A stretch of DNA of 64,000 nucleotides from Gammaproteobacteria bacterium. Lineage in GTDB: Bacteria; Pseudomonadota; Gammaproteobacteria; Enterobacterales; Kangiellaceae. The stretch is from the NCBI GenBank assembly GCA_013373545.1, contig JABXHQ010000004.1, positions 4,683-68,682 of the forward strand. The letters run 5' to 3'. A model generated the notes under the pieces. The model was not told where the DNA came from. It ran no database searches and was given only the letters and a program-made list of their open reading frames with translations. Below, one piece after another: positions 1 through 9,601 of this stretch (its first letter is position 1; the number at the start of each line of letters is the position of its first letter). A program made the position numbers and the translations under genes.

Positions 1-2
1 AA

Positions 3-1601
3 GAACTTATTGATGATGGAAAACCTGGGCGCGCAGCTAAATTACTAATCCCAGAGTACAAAGCCAATCGATTAAATCGCGAACTTAATCAAGTTTTAAT
101 TGCAGCCCTACTTGAACTTGAGCAGGCAGACAAAGCGAAAAGCATTATTACTCATACCATTAAACAACAGCCTGAAGAAGCGGACAATTGGGCTGACTTA
201 TGTGACTTTTATTTTTATCAAAGCGATGCGCTAAGTGCGCTAAAAATTGTTAACAAAGCCTTGCAAAGCCACCCTAAAAATCATCAACTGCAATTACGCA
301 AAATTTCGGCACTCGCTGACTTAAATTATTTATCAAAAATGCATGAGTGGGTTGATCAATGTATTGAAGCAACACCAGAGCACACCAAGGCACTGCTGCA
401 AGAACGAGCGATGATTTATAAAAACAGTGCGTTTTCGCCTTCAGACAATGAGCCGCAGGTACAAGATGCAATGGGCATGAGCTATGCCATCGAGCCGTTG
501 AATTTGGCCGTTAAGGATCTCACGACATTAATAAAAGCGACACCAGATGATGGAAAACTGTATCTGCAACGCGCCCATGTCTACAAGCAATTACAATATT
601 TTGATGAAGCTCAAGCCGACTTCAACCATGCAATTGAACACTTAAGTGATGCTCATCCAGAACAAGTTGAATTTATTCAACAGGAGATTGAATACTGTGC
701 TACTGGTGGTCAAAGTGAACGCGATGCACTGGCCAAAATGATTCGCGAAGAAATGAACCCAGTGTCAGTTGACTCAGCCATCTCCCTTGAACAACATAAT
801 GAAAATAATTTTATTGAAGCCGCTGCCGCGCAAATCGAAAGCGGTGGTAATTGGTTTGATTTATTAGAAGAAATTGGTGACGACCCGCTCAAACATACAG
901 CGCTAACCATTGCACAAGATATTCTAAAGGTAGGCAATGAACCGGAGTATGACTACCGTCCAACACAAAGCGAGTACTACACTTCAGCCGAGCAAAAATT
1001 TTGTAATCGAGTTGAGCAATTAATGGTCAATGAAGGCTTTGAGTGTCTCGGTGATTTTGAACCCAAGGGTTTGACGGCACAACTCGGTCGAGCAGTGATG
1101 GTGCGCTTTTTCCTTGCTGCAGACAAAAAAACTTATGCTATTTGCTACAAATTGATCCCATTACGTCCGCCATTTCTAACCTGGTTTATATTGTGGATCA
1201 CTGGAAAATGGAAAAAACCTGAAGTCATCGAGGTTTACAGCGTACAAGAGAATGGCGTCATTTGGTTAACCAATAACACCGGCGATAATAATCCATTTTC
1301 TGCTCAGCCACCGCAAATTCAGCTACAAGCGTTACCGAGTAAAACGACGCCGGAACAAGTATTGGCTGAACATCAGCAACAGATTACTCAAGCCGGCGCT
1401 GCAAATTTTACGGAAATCGAAAACGCTGAGGCAATTTTTGAAATTCATGATAAGATGCGCCAATACAAGCAGCAGTACCGTCAAAGCATCGATTTTGTCA
1501 CTGATGAAGAGTTGCAAAATTTACTGCAAAATCAATTCGATACTCTCGCCCCCCTAATTCGCCGTTATATCCGTTTACTTGTTAGTGATTCCGCCACATG
1601 A
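3..1601 (+). CDS. TPR-repeat protein; probably extends beyond the 5' window edge; interrupted by an in-frame TAA at 45-47
   Basis: TPR-like helices (e.g. 'LYLQRAHVYKQLQYFDEAQADFNHAIE'). The frame of the 261..1601 ORF stays open back to 48 with TPR-like sequence but has no ATG/GTG/TTG before 261. TAA at 45-47. Confidence 0.7.
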   Translation, partial: ELIDDGKPGRAAKLLIPEYKANRLNRELNQVLIAALLELEQADKAKSIITHTIKQQPEEADNWADLCDFYFYQSDALSALKIVNKALQSHPKNHQLQLRKISALADLNYLSKMHEWVDQCIEATPEHTKALLQERAMIYKNSAFSPSDNEPQVQDAMGMSYAIEPLNLAVKDLTTLIKATPDDGKLYLQRAHVYKQLQYFDEAQADFNHAIEHLSDAHPEQVEFIQQEIEYCATGGQSERDALAKMIREEMNPVSVDSAISLEQHNENNFIEAAAAQIESGGNWFDLLEEIGDDPLKHTALTIAQDILKVGNEPEYDYRPTQSEYYTSAEQKFCNRVEQLMVNEGFECLGDFEPKGLTAQLGRAVMVRFFLAADKKTYAICYKLIPLRPPFLTWFILWITGKWKKPEVIEVYSVQENGVIWLTNNTGDNNPFSAQPPQIQLQALPSKTTPEQVLAEHQQQITQAGAANFTEIENAEAIFEIHDKMRQYKQQYRQSIDFVTDEELQNLLQNQFDTLAPLIRRYIRLLVSDSAT

Positions 1602-2689
1602 AACCATTAAGCCAAAAAGTCGCTCAAACTTTAATCAAAAAAATCAAACAAGCGGAACAGTCTGCGGCGGAGAATGACAGTTTTGTTTATTGTGATGACT
1701 ACTTGGCTTTGGCACGCCTTTACAATAGCTTGGATAATTATCAAAAAGAAATTGCGGTATTAACGCGGTTTATTGATCTCGGCCGCGCAGCCAATGAAGA
1801 CCTGCCAATTGTCGAGCGTCAGTTATCAGAAGCTAAGGCGGCATTGCACGAACAGCGCCAGATTCAGAAAATCAGTGGCACCAATCCGATAGCCGCGACT
1901 CAGGATAAGTCACGCGAGAAACCGTCTGAGCCGTCGAAAGTACCGCCGCTACAACTGGAAAACGAAACCGCGGCAGATGCGCCGATATGGCCAAGTAATC
2001 GGGAGCAACCAGCGAGTCTTTCCGCGCGCGACATTATTAATGTACATGAGCAACCCCTCGACACCATTAAACTCGTCAGTATGTGCGCCGCTTATACAGG
2101 CAAGTCAGAAGAAGACGAAATTTTTGAGTTGGCGATTATTAGTTTCGAGTATTGTCAGAACAATGATACCGTGACGCGGATTTTAGATGAATATCATGGC
2201 ACGCGCCAAACCGCGAAAACGATTCCTCCTGAAGCCATTGCACGACTCAATACTCACAACCGCGGTAAAAGTCCTAAATACCTCGATGTGAACAAAGTTA
2301 ACAAAATATTTGAAAAAGCCGATGCGGTAATAAGCCATAATGATCCGCACATCGAGCGCCAATTATTTCTCTGCTTATTTCCTCACCTAAGCGCTGTTAA
2401 ATGGCGCAGTTCACAATCCGATATCCCTTGGCAAGCGCTTGGCTTTAGCGAAAAAGGATTATCAAAATTATTACATCGTTATCAATTCAAACGCCCCAAT
2501 CGAACACCAGTAGAACGCGCTAAAGCAATCATTCGATTGTTGTCACAATTTGAACCTGGAACGCAAACCAGCTTGTTTAAACGGTTATTGCACTGTCAGC
2601 CAATGAAACCTTTTGAGTGGACTAAAAGCCTTAAGCAACGTGCCGATAAATTGCAAAAAAAGCGTTTTTCGTTTGGCTTCAAACGTTAA
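1598..2689 (+). CDS. Protein with a helical N-terminus and a degenerate DEDDh (DNA pol III epsilon-like) 3'-5' exonuclease domain
   Basis: 'TG..EDEIFELAIISFEY', 'IPPEAI', 'ADAVISHN' and 'W.SSQSDIPW..GF' follow the DEDDh family layout, but the catalytic acids are replaced. ATGA overlap with the upstream gene. Confidence 0.65.
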   Translation: MKPLSQKVAQTLIKKIKQAEQSAAENDSFVYCDDYLALARLYNSLDNYQKEIAVLTRFIDLGRAANEDLPIVERQLSEAKAALHEQRQIQKISGTNPIAATQDKSREKPSEPSKVPPLQLENETAADAPIWPSNREQPASLSARDIINVHEQPLDTIKLVSMCAAYTGKSEEDEIFELAIISFEYCQNNDTVTRILDEYHGTRQTAKTIPPEAIARLNTHNRGKSPKYLDVNKVNKIFEKADAVISHNDPHIERQLFLCLFPHLSAVKWRSSQSDIPWQALGFSEKGLSKLLHRYQFKRPNRTPVERAKAIIRLLSQFEPGTQTSLFKRLLHCQPMKPFEWTKSLKQRADKLQKKRFSFGFKR

Positions 2690-2704
2690 CGGAGCCTCTC
2701 TCGA

Positions 2705-3547
2705 TTAGTGTTTATGAGGTATCGGCTGCTGCTGACCTGAAATTGAAAAGTAATCATACCCTGATAAAATTAATGCATCGGGAACGGCAATTGGCACATG
2801 AATCCCAATGGTTTTTTGCGGCTTTATAACCTGCTGTAAAATAGCCACACCTTGCGCTTGAATTAAAAACCAATACGGCGGTAACGCTAGGTTCACGGCC
2901 AGTTGTTTAAAATAATTTTTATGCACGTTAAAGTGTGCCATCTGCGGATCCGCATCACCAAAATGCAGCGCACTGATATTATCATTGCGCACATAAAAAA
3001 CGATGTTTTCAACCTCTGCTCTAGCAGGCCATCCAGCGTGGGGAATACGCACCGCACTGATAGCAAGATCCGCCACCGATAACGACTGAGGCGCTTGATC
3101 CTTGAGTAACGCCACGGGGTGTAGTTGTGATTCAATTTTTGCATAATCGGCCATGGCCTGAAGCTGCGTAACCGCCTGCTGTGGCGCCACCAGTTGCGTT
3201 TGTGGATATTGCGCAAGATAACGCGCTACATCGACCGCCGAAAAATGATCCTCATGGGCATGACTGATAAAAATAATATCGATATCGTTATAGGGCGGCT
3301 CGCCAAGAAAAATCGCTTGGCGAAACTTCTCCGGTACTTTCTGGTAGTGACCAAAGTCGTTATGGAAAAATGGATCAAATAAAACTTTTCGATTATCGAG
3401 CTGCAACAATACCGCTTCATTAGCTAAATAATTGACTGTGGCGTCATGTGCCAAACCACTGCTGTGTGCGACTAGCAATACCCAAGCGGCTAGCCACTCT
3501 CGATAACGACGCAATCCTTTCCCCTTAATTAACCACATTAACCGCAC
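2705..3547 (-). CDS. Secreted metallo-beta-lactamase-fold hydrolase (UlaG/Lactamase_B_3-like)
   Basis: HxHxDH motif 'SHAHEDH', downstream 'PHAGW', 'HFGDA', 'IGIH'; signal-peptide-like N-terminus. Confidence 0.8.
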   Translation of the reverse strand: MRLMWLIKGKGLRRYREWLAAWVLLVAHSSGLAHDATVNYLANEAVLLQLDNRKVLFDPFFHNDFGHYQKVPEKFRQAIFLGEPPYNDIDIIFISHAHEDHFSAVDVARYLAQYPQTQLVAPQQAVTQLQAMADYAKIESQLHPVALLKDQAPQSLSVADLAISAVRIPHAGWPARAEVENIVFYVRNDNISALHFGDADPQMAHFNVHKNYFKQLAVNLALPPYWFLIQAQGVAILQQVIKPQKTIGIHVPIAVPDALILSGYDYFSISGQQQPIPHKH

Positions 3548-3577
3548 CTCTTGCCATCTCGTCAGTCCACCGCAACT

Positions 3578-4183
3578 TTAGCTTTCAGTTGAATCAGAAT
3601 GCATCAGTTCATCTAAGGTAAGCGAATAGCTTGCAAAGAACGTCTTCATAAAATAATCCACTTCCGGCAACTTTAAGCCAATCAAACGCTGCTCAATCTG
3701 TTCCGCTGCTTTTTTAAACTCTTGATTACCGGCATTCAGCTCAAGCTGGCATTTGACGAATGCGGCTAACGTATCAGCTGCTTTAACCAGCTCATGGATC
3801 GAGTCATCAACATAACTTTCTAGCAGCAAAGGTTGAAAATCGGCTTGCAGCTCTGCCGGCAATAATCCGAACAGCTCTTGCTCTGCTTTTCGCTCTAAAG
3901 ATTTATAGGCTTTAGTAATGTCACTGGAGTGGTATTTAATCGGCGATGGCATATCACCGGTAATAACCTCACTAACATCATGATACAACGCGGTTACCGC
4001 CACTTGATTCGCGTCAATGTTACCACCAAAGAGGCGATTTTTAATAAGGGCTAACGCATGGGCGATGGTCGCAACTTCAAAAGAATGCTCCATAACATTT
4101 TCGCTAATGGTGTTACGTTTTAATCCCCAGCGCTGTAGCCAGCGAATTTTACTAATATAAGCAAAGAAATGACTTTTCTGCAT
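3578..4183 (-). CDS. yfbR: 5'-deoxynucleotidase, HD domain (YfbR)
   Basis: 'SHFFAYISKIRWLQRWGLKRN..ENVMEHS', 'LYHDVSE', 'KAADTL'. Start moved to the ATG at 4183 (MQKSHFF). Confidence 0.9.
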   Translation of the reverse strand: MQKSHFFAYISKIRWLQRWGLKRNTISENVMEHSFEVATIAHALALIKNRLFGGNIDANQVAVTALYHDVSEVITGDMPSPIKYHSSDITKAYKSLERKAEQELFGLLPAELQADFQPLLLESYVDDSIHELVKAADTLAAFVKCQLELNAGNQEFKKAAEQIEQRLIGLKLPEVDYFMKTFFASYSLTLDELMHSDSTES

Positions 4184-4447
4184 AAACCGTTCTTTTTCAA
4201 GAGTATCGACTAGTTCATCATAGTAGCGAAAAAAAGCCACCCTCGATAGCATCGCAGACATTGAATTTTAACTCATTAAAGCGCACCCTAAATAGCGACT
4301 TTGGTCGGCTTGCCAGTTAAATGTTTCAATTCGCCAAAGCAATCACAGCAATCTGACCGCCAATTGCGTATGTTGCAAGCGTGCGAAGTTAATTTAAATG
4401 GTCTAAAGTAATTGCCCGACGCGAATAAGATAGAGGAAATGTATTGT

Positions 4448-5053
4448 ATGTTAACCCGATTGCGCCCCGTACTGTCACTGCTTACCCTCTTTGCAGTTGG
4501 CCCAATTTTCGCGACTAACCAAGCGACGGACGCTGTGAATCAGGCTGCAGTCGATGGGAAAAATACTGTGGCAGAGATGAATCAAGTTCCAGCCTTGACG
4601 CAAACATTGGTGTTGTCCGTCGCACAACAAGCCGGCTTATTTTCAGTGGTCGATGCGCAGCTCGTGAATGCAGAATTTACTGAATTCGAACAAGACTTAA
4701 GCGCTCTAGGCGACAAACCTGCTAGTGAGTTTCTACTGGTGCGCATCTTTAACCAACAAGGCGCAGCGCTGGCGCAACATCGATTAACAGCGCTTTTAGA
4801 AAATCCGACTGAACCCAGCCAGCAACGCTTTAAACTGCGCCTGCCATGGCCATCCAACGCTTATGCAGTGCAAATTAGCACAAGCGCAGCAACATCTCCG
4901 GCTAGCTCTGGGGGTTTACCGGACGACAGTGTTGTGCTGCAACCTTTTTTCGCAGCACGTGCGTCAATTCTCGACACCCTCGACACTCAGAAAGTCGCGC
5001 CACCAAAGCAACCACAAGCCACCCAAGAGCCAGTTAACGACACGCAAAAATAA
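4448..5053 (+). CDS. Hypothetical exported protein
   Basis: Long ORF with signal-peptide-like N-terminus (MLTRLRPVLSLLTLFAVGPIFA) and GAGGA RBS upstream; no recognisable family. Confidence 0.6.
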   Translation: MLTRLRPVLSLLTLFAVGPIFATNQATDAVNQAAVDGKNTVAEMNQVPALTQTLVLSVAQQAGLFSVVDAQLVNAEFTEFEQDLSALGDKPASEFLLVRIFNQQGAALAQHRLTALLENPTEPSQQRFKLRLPWPSNAYAVQISTSAATSPASSGGLPDDSVVLQPFFAARASILDTLDTQKVAPPKQPQATQEPVNDTQK

Positions 5054-5134
5054 CACCGGTAGATTCATTATCGGTGCGACTTCTGCTAAACTCGCGCCTC
5101 CTCAATTACGTTCAATCAGCCCTCGCGAAACCCA

Positions 5135-5752
5135 ATGGATAGCGCCTTAATATTATTATTTATACCCACCTTTATGTTGATTTCTGCAACCCCCGGAATG
5201 TGTATGACATTAGCGCTTTCGCTTGGCATGCGCTTCGGTGTTCGAAGAACATTACCGATGATGGGGGGTGAATTAATCGGCGTTGGATTAGTGGCCGTAC
5301 TAGCGGTCGTTGGTGTGGCTGCATTAATGCTCAATTATCCGTTGGCGTTTACACTGTTAAAAACCCTCGGCGGCGCTTACTTGCTATATGTGGGCTACCA
5401 ACAATTTCAGAGCAGCGGTAAGCTAGCCCTCCGCGCGAATGAAACAGCCACAATCAGTGGCTGGCAATTAGCAATACAAGGTTTTGTAACCGCCGTTGCT
5501 AACCCAAAAGGTTGGGCGTTTACGGTGTCGCTGCTGCCAACGTTTATCAACCCAGACTTGCAATTAGCGCCGCAACTGACCCTACTCGTCGCGATAATTT
5601 TACTGTGTGAGTTTACTTTTCTGTTACTCTACGCGTCTGGGGGCAAGGTATTGCGCCGATTGCTCGAACAGCATAACCGTCTACAATGGTTAAATCGACT
5701 TTCCGGTGGCTTAATCATTCTGGTTGGCTTATGGATGTTACTGGGGCTGTAA
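5135..5752 (+). CDS. LysE/RhtB family amino-acid exporter
   Basis: 'SATPG', 'LKTLGGAYLLYVG', 'QGFVTAVANPK'; multiple TM helices. Confidence 0.88.
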   Translation: MDSALILLFIPTFMLISATPGMCMTLALSLGMRFGVRRTLPMMGGELIGVGLVAVLAVVGVAALMLNYPLAFTLLKTLGGAYLLYVGYQQFQSSGKLALRANETATISGWQLAIQGFVTAVANPKGWAFTVSLLPTFINPDLQLAPQLTLLVAIILLCEFTFLLLYASGGKVLRRLLEQHNRLQWLNRLSGGLIILVGLWMLLGL

Positions 5753-5832
5753 TCGATACTGGGCGACGCCTTTCACATCGATATCGATCCGAGCAGCTCC
5801 CAACCCTTTTGTTCAACTTTTGAGAACGTAAT

Positions 5833-6630
5833 ATGTCTGCCATTGATGTCATCCTTAATAATCTTCAAACTGAGCAACCCATTCAATTGGATGCCTCATG
5901 GCGACAAGGGCGAACCCTGTTCGGCGGTTTAAGTGCGGCAATGGTGTATCAAGCGACGCGCAATGATCTTGCCGATCCAACCGTACCACTGCGCGTCATG
6001 AATGTAAGCTTTATTGCCCCAGTGTTCACTGATAAGCCGGTCACTTTGACAGTCGAGCACTTACGTGACGGTAAGAACGTTACGCAAATGCAAGCGCGTA
6101 TGCAGCAAGATGATCACACGTGTGTGCTCGCGCAATTTTGTTTTGGCCGCTCGCGCGACTCCAAAATTGTCGTCGACAAGTCGCCACAATCGCCACTGCA
6201 ACCGCTTTCAAAGCCGGACTTTTTGCCTCCAATTCCGGGGGTAACGCCGAAGTTTTTGCAGCATCTGCAGTTATCCACGCAAAAAGGCCAGCTTCCGTTC
6301 ACCGGCAGCCAAGACTCTGATATTTCAGGCTGGATGCGATTTAAGAAAGCGCCAGCAAAGATGACCTTAGCGCATATGATTGCGTTACTCGATGCTTGGC
6401 CACCCACTGTTTTGCAGATGCTGCGCTGGCCCAAGCCAGCCAGTACCCTAAGTTGGCAGGTTGAGTTTTTAAGCTCAGAGATTAGCTTACCGCCTGATAG
6501 CTGGCTGGGATACGAAGCGATTACGCGCCAAGCGCGCAATGGCTATTCGCATACCGAAGCCAACATCTGGTCACCGAGTGGCGAACTACTGATGCTGAGC
6601 CGCCAAACCGATACAGTATTTGACCGCTAG
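5833..6630 (+). CDS. Acyl-CoA thioesterase family protein (double hot-dog, TesB-like)
   Basis: 'WRQGRTLFGGLSAA', 'LLDAWPP', 'STLSW', 'LSRQT'. Confidence 0.85.
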   Translation: MSAIDVILNNLQTEQPIQLDASWRQGRTLFGGLSAAMVYQATRNDLADPTVPLRVMNVSFIAPVFTDKPVTLTVEHLRDGKNVTQMQARMQQDDHTCVLAQFCFGRSRDSKIVVDKSPQSPLQPLSKPDFLPPIPGVTPKFLQHLQLSTQKGQLPFTGSQDSDISGWMRFKKAPAKMTLAHMIALLDAWPPTVLQMLRWPKPASTLSWQVEFLSSEISLPPDSWLGYEAITRQARNGYSHTEANIWSPSGELLMLSRQTDTVFDR

Positions 6631-6640
6631 CAGCACCTAC

Positions 6641-7192
6641 TCAAGCGTTAACAATAGCCAGCAGCTCATTTAACGGTGTCACGGCAAAGCCTTGATCATA
6701 GAAGTAAATCACTTTGCCATTTTCATCCAGCACGACCACTCGAGCATTGTTCGGATTGGTATTACCCGTCCATTGCTGCACCGTTTCACCATCGTCATAG
6801 ATAGTGATTACGCCGCCCCATAAACTTTTCGGGATCCCTTGGCGCATACCTTGATCAATTTGAGTAGAGAAAAACTGCGGAAACATGCCTGCAATCGTCG
6901 GTAATTCATAGACTTTTTTGGTCACGCCCTTCATATCCAAGCCAATTAACCAACGATCGATATCGAATTGAGCATTTTGCACATAACCAATTAATAAAAT
7001 AGTTTTCTCGCCAGCGAAGTCCTGTGGCATCGAATAGGCTTGGCCGCTTAGGCTGTTACCGCTCACACTTGGAAAACTATCCCCCACCACATCTTTATTT
7101 TGGTAAGTGGTTGAGCAAGCCGTTAGCAAAACCCATAAGGCCATCAAGCTGGTAAGCTTTAAAGGATTTTTTATTAGTAAAAGCGATTTCAT
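6641..7192 (-). CDS. Lipoprotein with a thioredoxin-like (ATP10-like) fold
   Basis: Lipobox 'LTAC'; 'GQAYSMPQDFAGEKTILLIGYVQNAQFDIDRW' resembles bacterial ATP10-like proteins; no CxxC. Confidence 0.55.
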   Translation of the reverse strand: MKSLLLIKNPLKLTSLMALWVLLTACSTTYQNKDVVGDSFPSVSGNSLSGQAYSMPQDFAGEKTILLIGYVQNAQFDIDRWLIGLDMKGVTKKVYELPTIAGMFPQFFSTQIDQGMRQGIPKSLWGGVITIYDDGETVQQWTGNTNPNNARVVVLDENGKVIYFYDQGFAVTPLNELLAIVNA

Positions 7193-7258
7193 TAAGAGAC
7201 TCTCCTGGTCGGTTCAACTACCGCCAAATAAGGCGATATTCTTTGACATAACAATTCC

Positions 7259-9601
7259 TTGATACTACGTTTAAATATGTCAACCAGAGCAATATTAGCA
7301 CTATTCTGCGATGGTCGACTTCTCATTACTCATAGGCAGAAGGCATTGCAATCCGATAACATAAAAAACTTGCTCGACGCTCAGCAAGACGTGCTCAAGA
7401 TCATCGTTACCGGAGGACCGCTTAACGATGTGCTGGTGCGTATCTGTGAAATGGTAGAAGTTGTTTTTCACGACCCCAAAGCTCACTGTTCAATTAATAT
7501 TATTAATGACAGCGGAAAAATTTGTGGTGGCGCTGCACCAACATTGCCAGAGGGATATCTCGAAGCGGTTCAGGGCATTGTTATCGGTCCCAAAACCGGT
7601 AGTTGTGGCACAGCGATGCATGAAAAGCGCTTAGTGATTGTTGAGAATATTTATCAAGACCCTCTATGGGAAGACTTTATTGAGCTTGCTAAAAATTTTA
7701 ATTTAAAAGCCTGTTGGTCGAATCCAATCATTGATTACAAGAATAAAGTACTGGGTAGCTTTGCGATTTATTATGACGACTTTAGTGCGCCCAGTGAACT
7801 GCAACTCGATATGCTCTCGCGCTTTACCGATTTATCTAAACTCGCGATTGAACGCCATTACAGCTCACAAGAAATTAGCTGGCTGATCTCAAAACTGAAC
7901 CAATCCAATGAACAGTTGAAAGCCTTTACGTCGGTACTGCCGGATCTCGCGTTTATATTGGATGAAGACTGCCGCTACCTCGAGCATTATGGCGGTAGCT
8001 CAGAGTTTTTATACGCTCAAAAAAGCTTATTTTTAAATCGCACGGTTGATGATGTATTACCAAAAGATGTTGCCACCCTGATAAAAAAATCCGTACATAA
8101 AGTTTTGCATACTAAATCCGATCAACAATTCGAATATCAACTTAACGTACCCGCCGGACTGTGTACCTTCGAAGCTCGAATAACCGAATTAAAATATTAC
8201 GAAAGCGACCAACCTAAAATGCGTCACGTGGTTTTGATCGCACGCGATATTACCGATAAGAAAAATGCCGAACAAGCAATTGAGAAGTTGGCGTTTTATG
8301 ATCCACTGACTGAGCTGCCTAACCGCCGCATGTTGATCGACCGCTTAAATGTCGTCCTCGACCGCATCAAGCGACAGAAAAAATTCTCTGCGTTGCTTTA
8401 CCTTGATCTCGATTACTTTAAACGTATTAACGACTCATTGGGTCACTCCGAGGGTGATGAAATTCTAATAAATGTTGCTAAACGGTTGCAGCCGATTTTT
8501 CGTTCTAGCGATACTTTAGCGCGCATAGGTGGCGATGAATTTGTTGTGTTACTAGAAAACACCGAAGATTCAGCCGAGCTCGTCAGTGAAGAAGCAAGTA
8601 TTGTCGCAAAAAAAATATTGGAAGCCTTTCAGCACCCCATCGCAACGGAAAAATCGGAATATCAGCTGGGAGCGAGCATCGGCATTTCGGTAATTTCGGA
8701 TCAAGTTGAAGCCAGCGATGACGTGCTTAAGCAAGCCGATGCTGCTATGTATCTGAGTAAAAAACAAGGACGCCACCAATTTACTTTCTTTGACCCATTT
8801 TTACAGAAGATTATTGACGAGCAACTCGAACTCGAGAATGACATTATTTTCGCATTAGCCAGCGGACAATTCACCGCTTTTTTTCAGCCGCAAGTAGATA
8901 TGACCGGCGCGGTTATTGGTGTTGAAGCGCTACTACGATGGATTCATCCAGAGCGTGGAATAATTCCGCCGTTGAGTTTTTTACCGGTCGCCGAGCAATA
9001 TGGTTTAATTACTCAAATTGAGCAGTGTGTTTTTGCCGATGCTTGTCGTTTGTATCAGGAGTTAGCTGAAAAGCAGCTAATTGATGATCAGTTCACCGTG
9101 GCGGTTAATATTAGCGCAATTGAGTTTCGCTCCCCTAAGTTTATTCAGAACCTACTCGATATTCTCGAGCAGTTTAACCTTCCAGCCAACCACTTTAAAT
9201 TAGAAGTGACCGAGTCTATGTTGGTGCATGATATTGACGATACGATTAGGCAAATGCAAGAGCTTAAGTCACATGGTTTTCGATTATCGATTGACGATTT
9301 TGGTACCGGTTATTCATCGCTGAATTATCTGCATGCTTTTCCCATCGACGAAATGAAAATCGACAAAAGCTTTACCGATAAAATGCTAGAGTCAAAATCT
9401 GGTCAAGCGGTCATTAATGCGATTATTTCTTTAGCGTTTAATCTAGGGATCAAGGTAATTGCGGAAGGCGTTGAAACGGACGAACAATATCAGCAACTCA
9501 AGAAGCGCTATGTTAGTGGTATACAAGGCTATTTTTTTGCTAAACCTATGGCAACGCCGGACTTGTTTAAATGGTTAACCGAGCAATCTTCAAGGTCCTG
9601 A
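7259..9601 (+). CDS. GAF-PAS-GGDEF-EAL diguanylate cyclase/phosphodiesterase
   Basis: GAF 'GSCGTAM...CWSNPI'; 'YDPLTELPNRR', 'RIGGDEF', 'VEALLRW', 'IDDFGTGYSSL', 'IAEGVET'. Start uncertain (a TTG at 7346 is also possible). Confidence 0.93.
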   Translation: MILRLNMSTRAILALFCDGRLLITHRQKALQSDNIKNLLDAQQDVLKIIVTGGPLNDVLVRICEMVEVVFHDPKAHCSINIINDSGKICGGAAPTLPEGYLEAVQGIVIGPKTGSCGTAMHEKRLVIVENIYQDPLWEDFIELAKNFNLKACWSNPIIDYKNKVLGSFAIYYDDFSAPSELQLDMLSRFTDLSKLAIERHYSSQEISWLISKLNQSNEQLKAFTSVLPDLAFILDEDCRYLEHYGGSSEFLYAQKSLFLNRTVDDVLPKDVATLIKKSVHKVLHTKSDQQFEYQLNVPAGLCTFEARITELKYYESDQPKMRHVVLIARDITDKKNAEQAIEKLAFYDPLTELPNRRMLIDRLNVVLDRIKRQKKFSALLYLDLDYFKRINDSLGHSEGDEILINVAKRLQPIFRSSDTLARIGGDEFVVLLENTEDSAELVSEEASIVAKKILEAFQHPIATEKSEYQLGASIGISVISDQVEASDDVLKQADAAMYLSKKQGRHQFTFFDPFLQKIIDEQLELENDIIFALASGQFTAFFQPQVDMTGAVIGVEALLRWIHPERGIIPPLSFLPVAEQYGLITQIEQCVFADACRLYQELAEKQLIDDQFTVAVNISAIEFRSPKFIQNLLDILEQFNLPANHFKLEVTESMLVHDIDDTIRQMQELKSHGFRLSIDDFGTGYSSLNYLHAFPIDEMKIDKSFTDKMLESKSGQAVINAIISLAFNLGIKVIAEGVETDEQYQQLKKRYVSGIQGYFFAKPMATPDLFKWLTEQSSRS

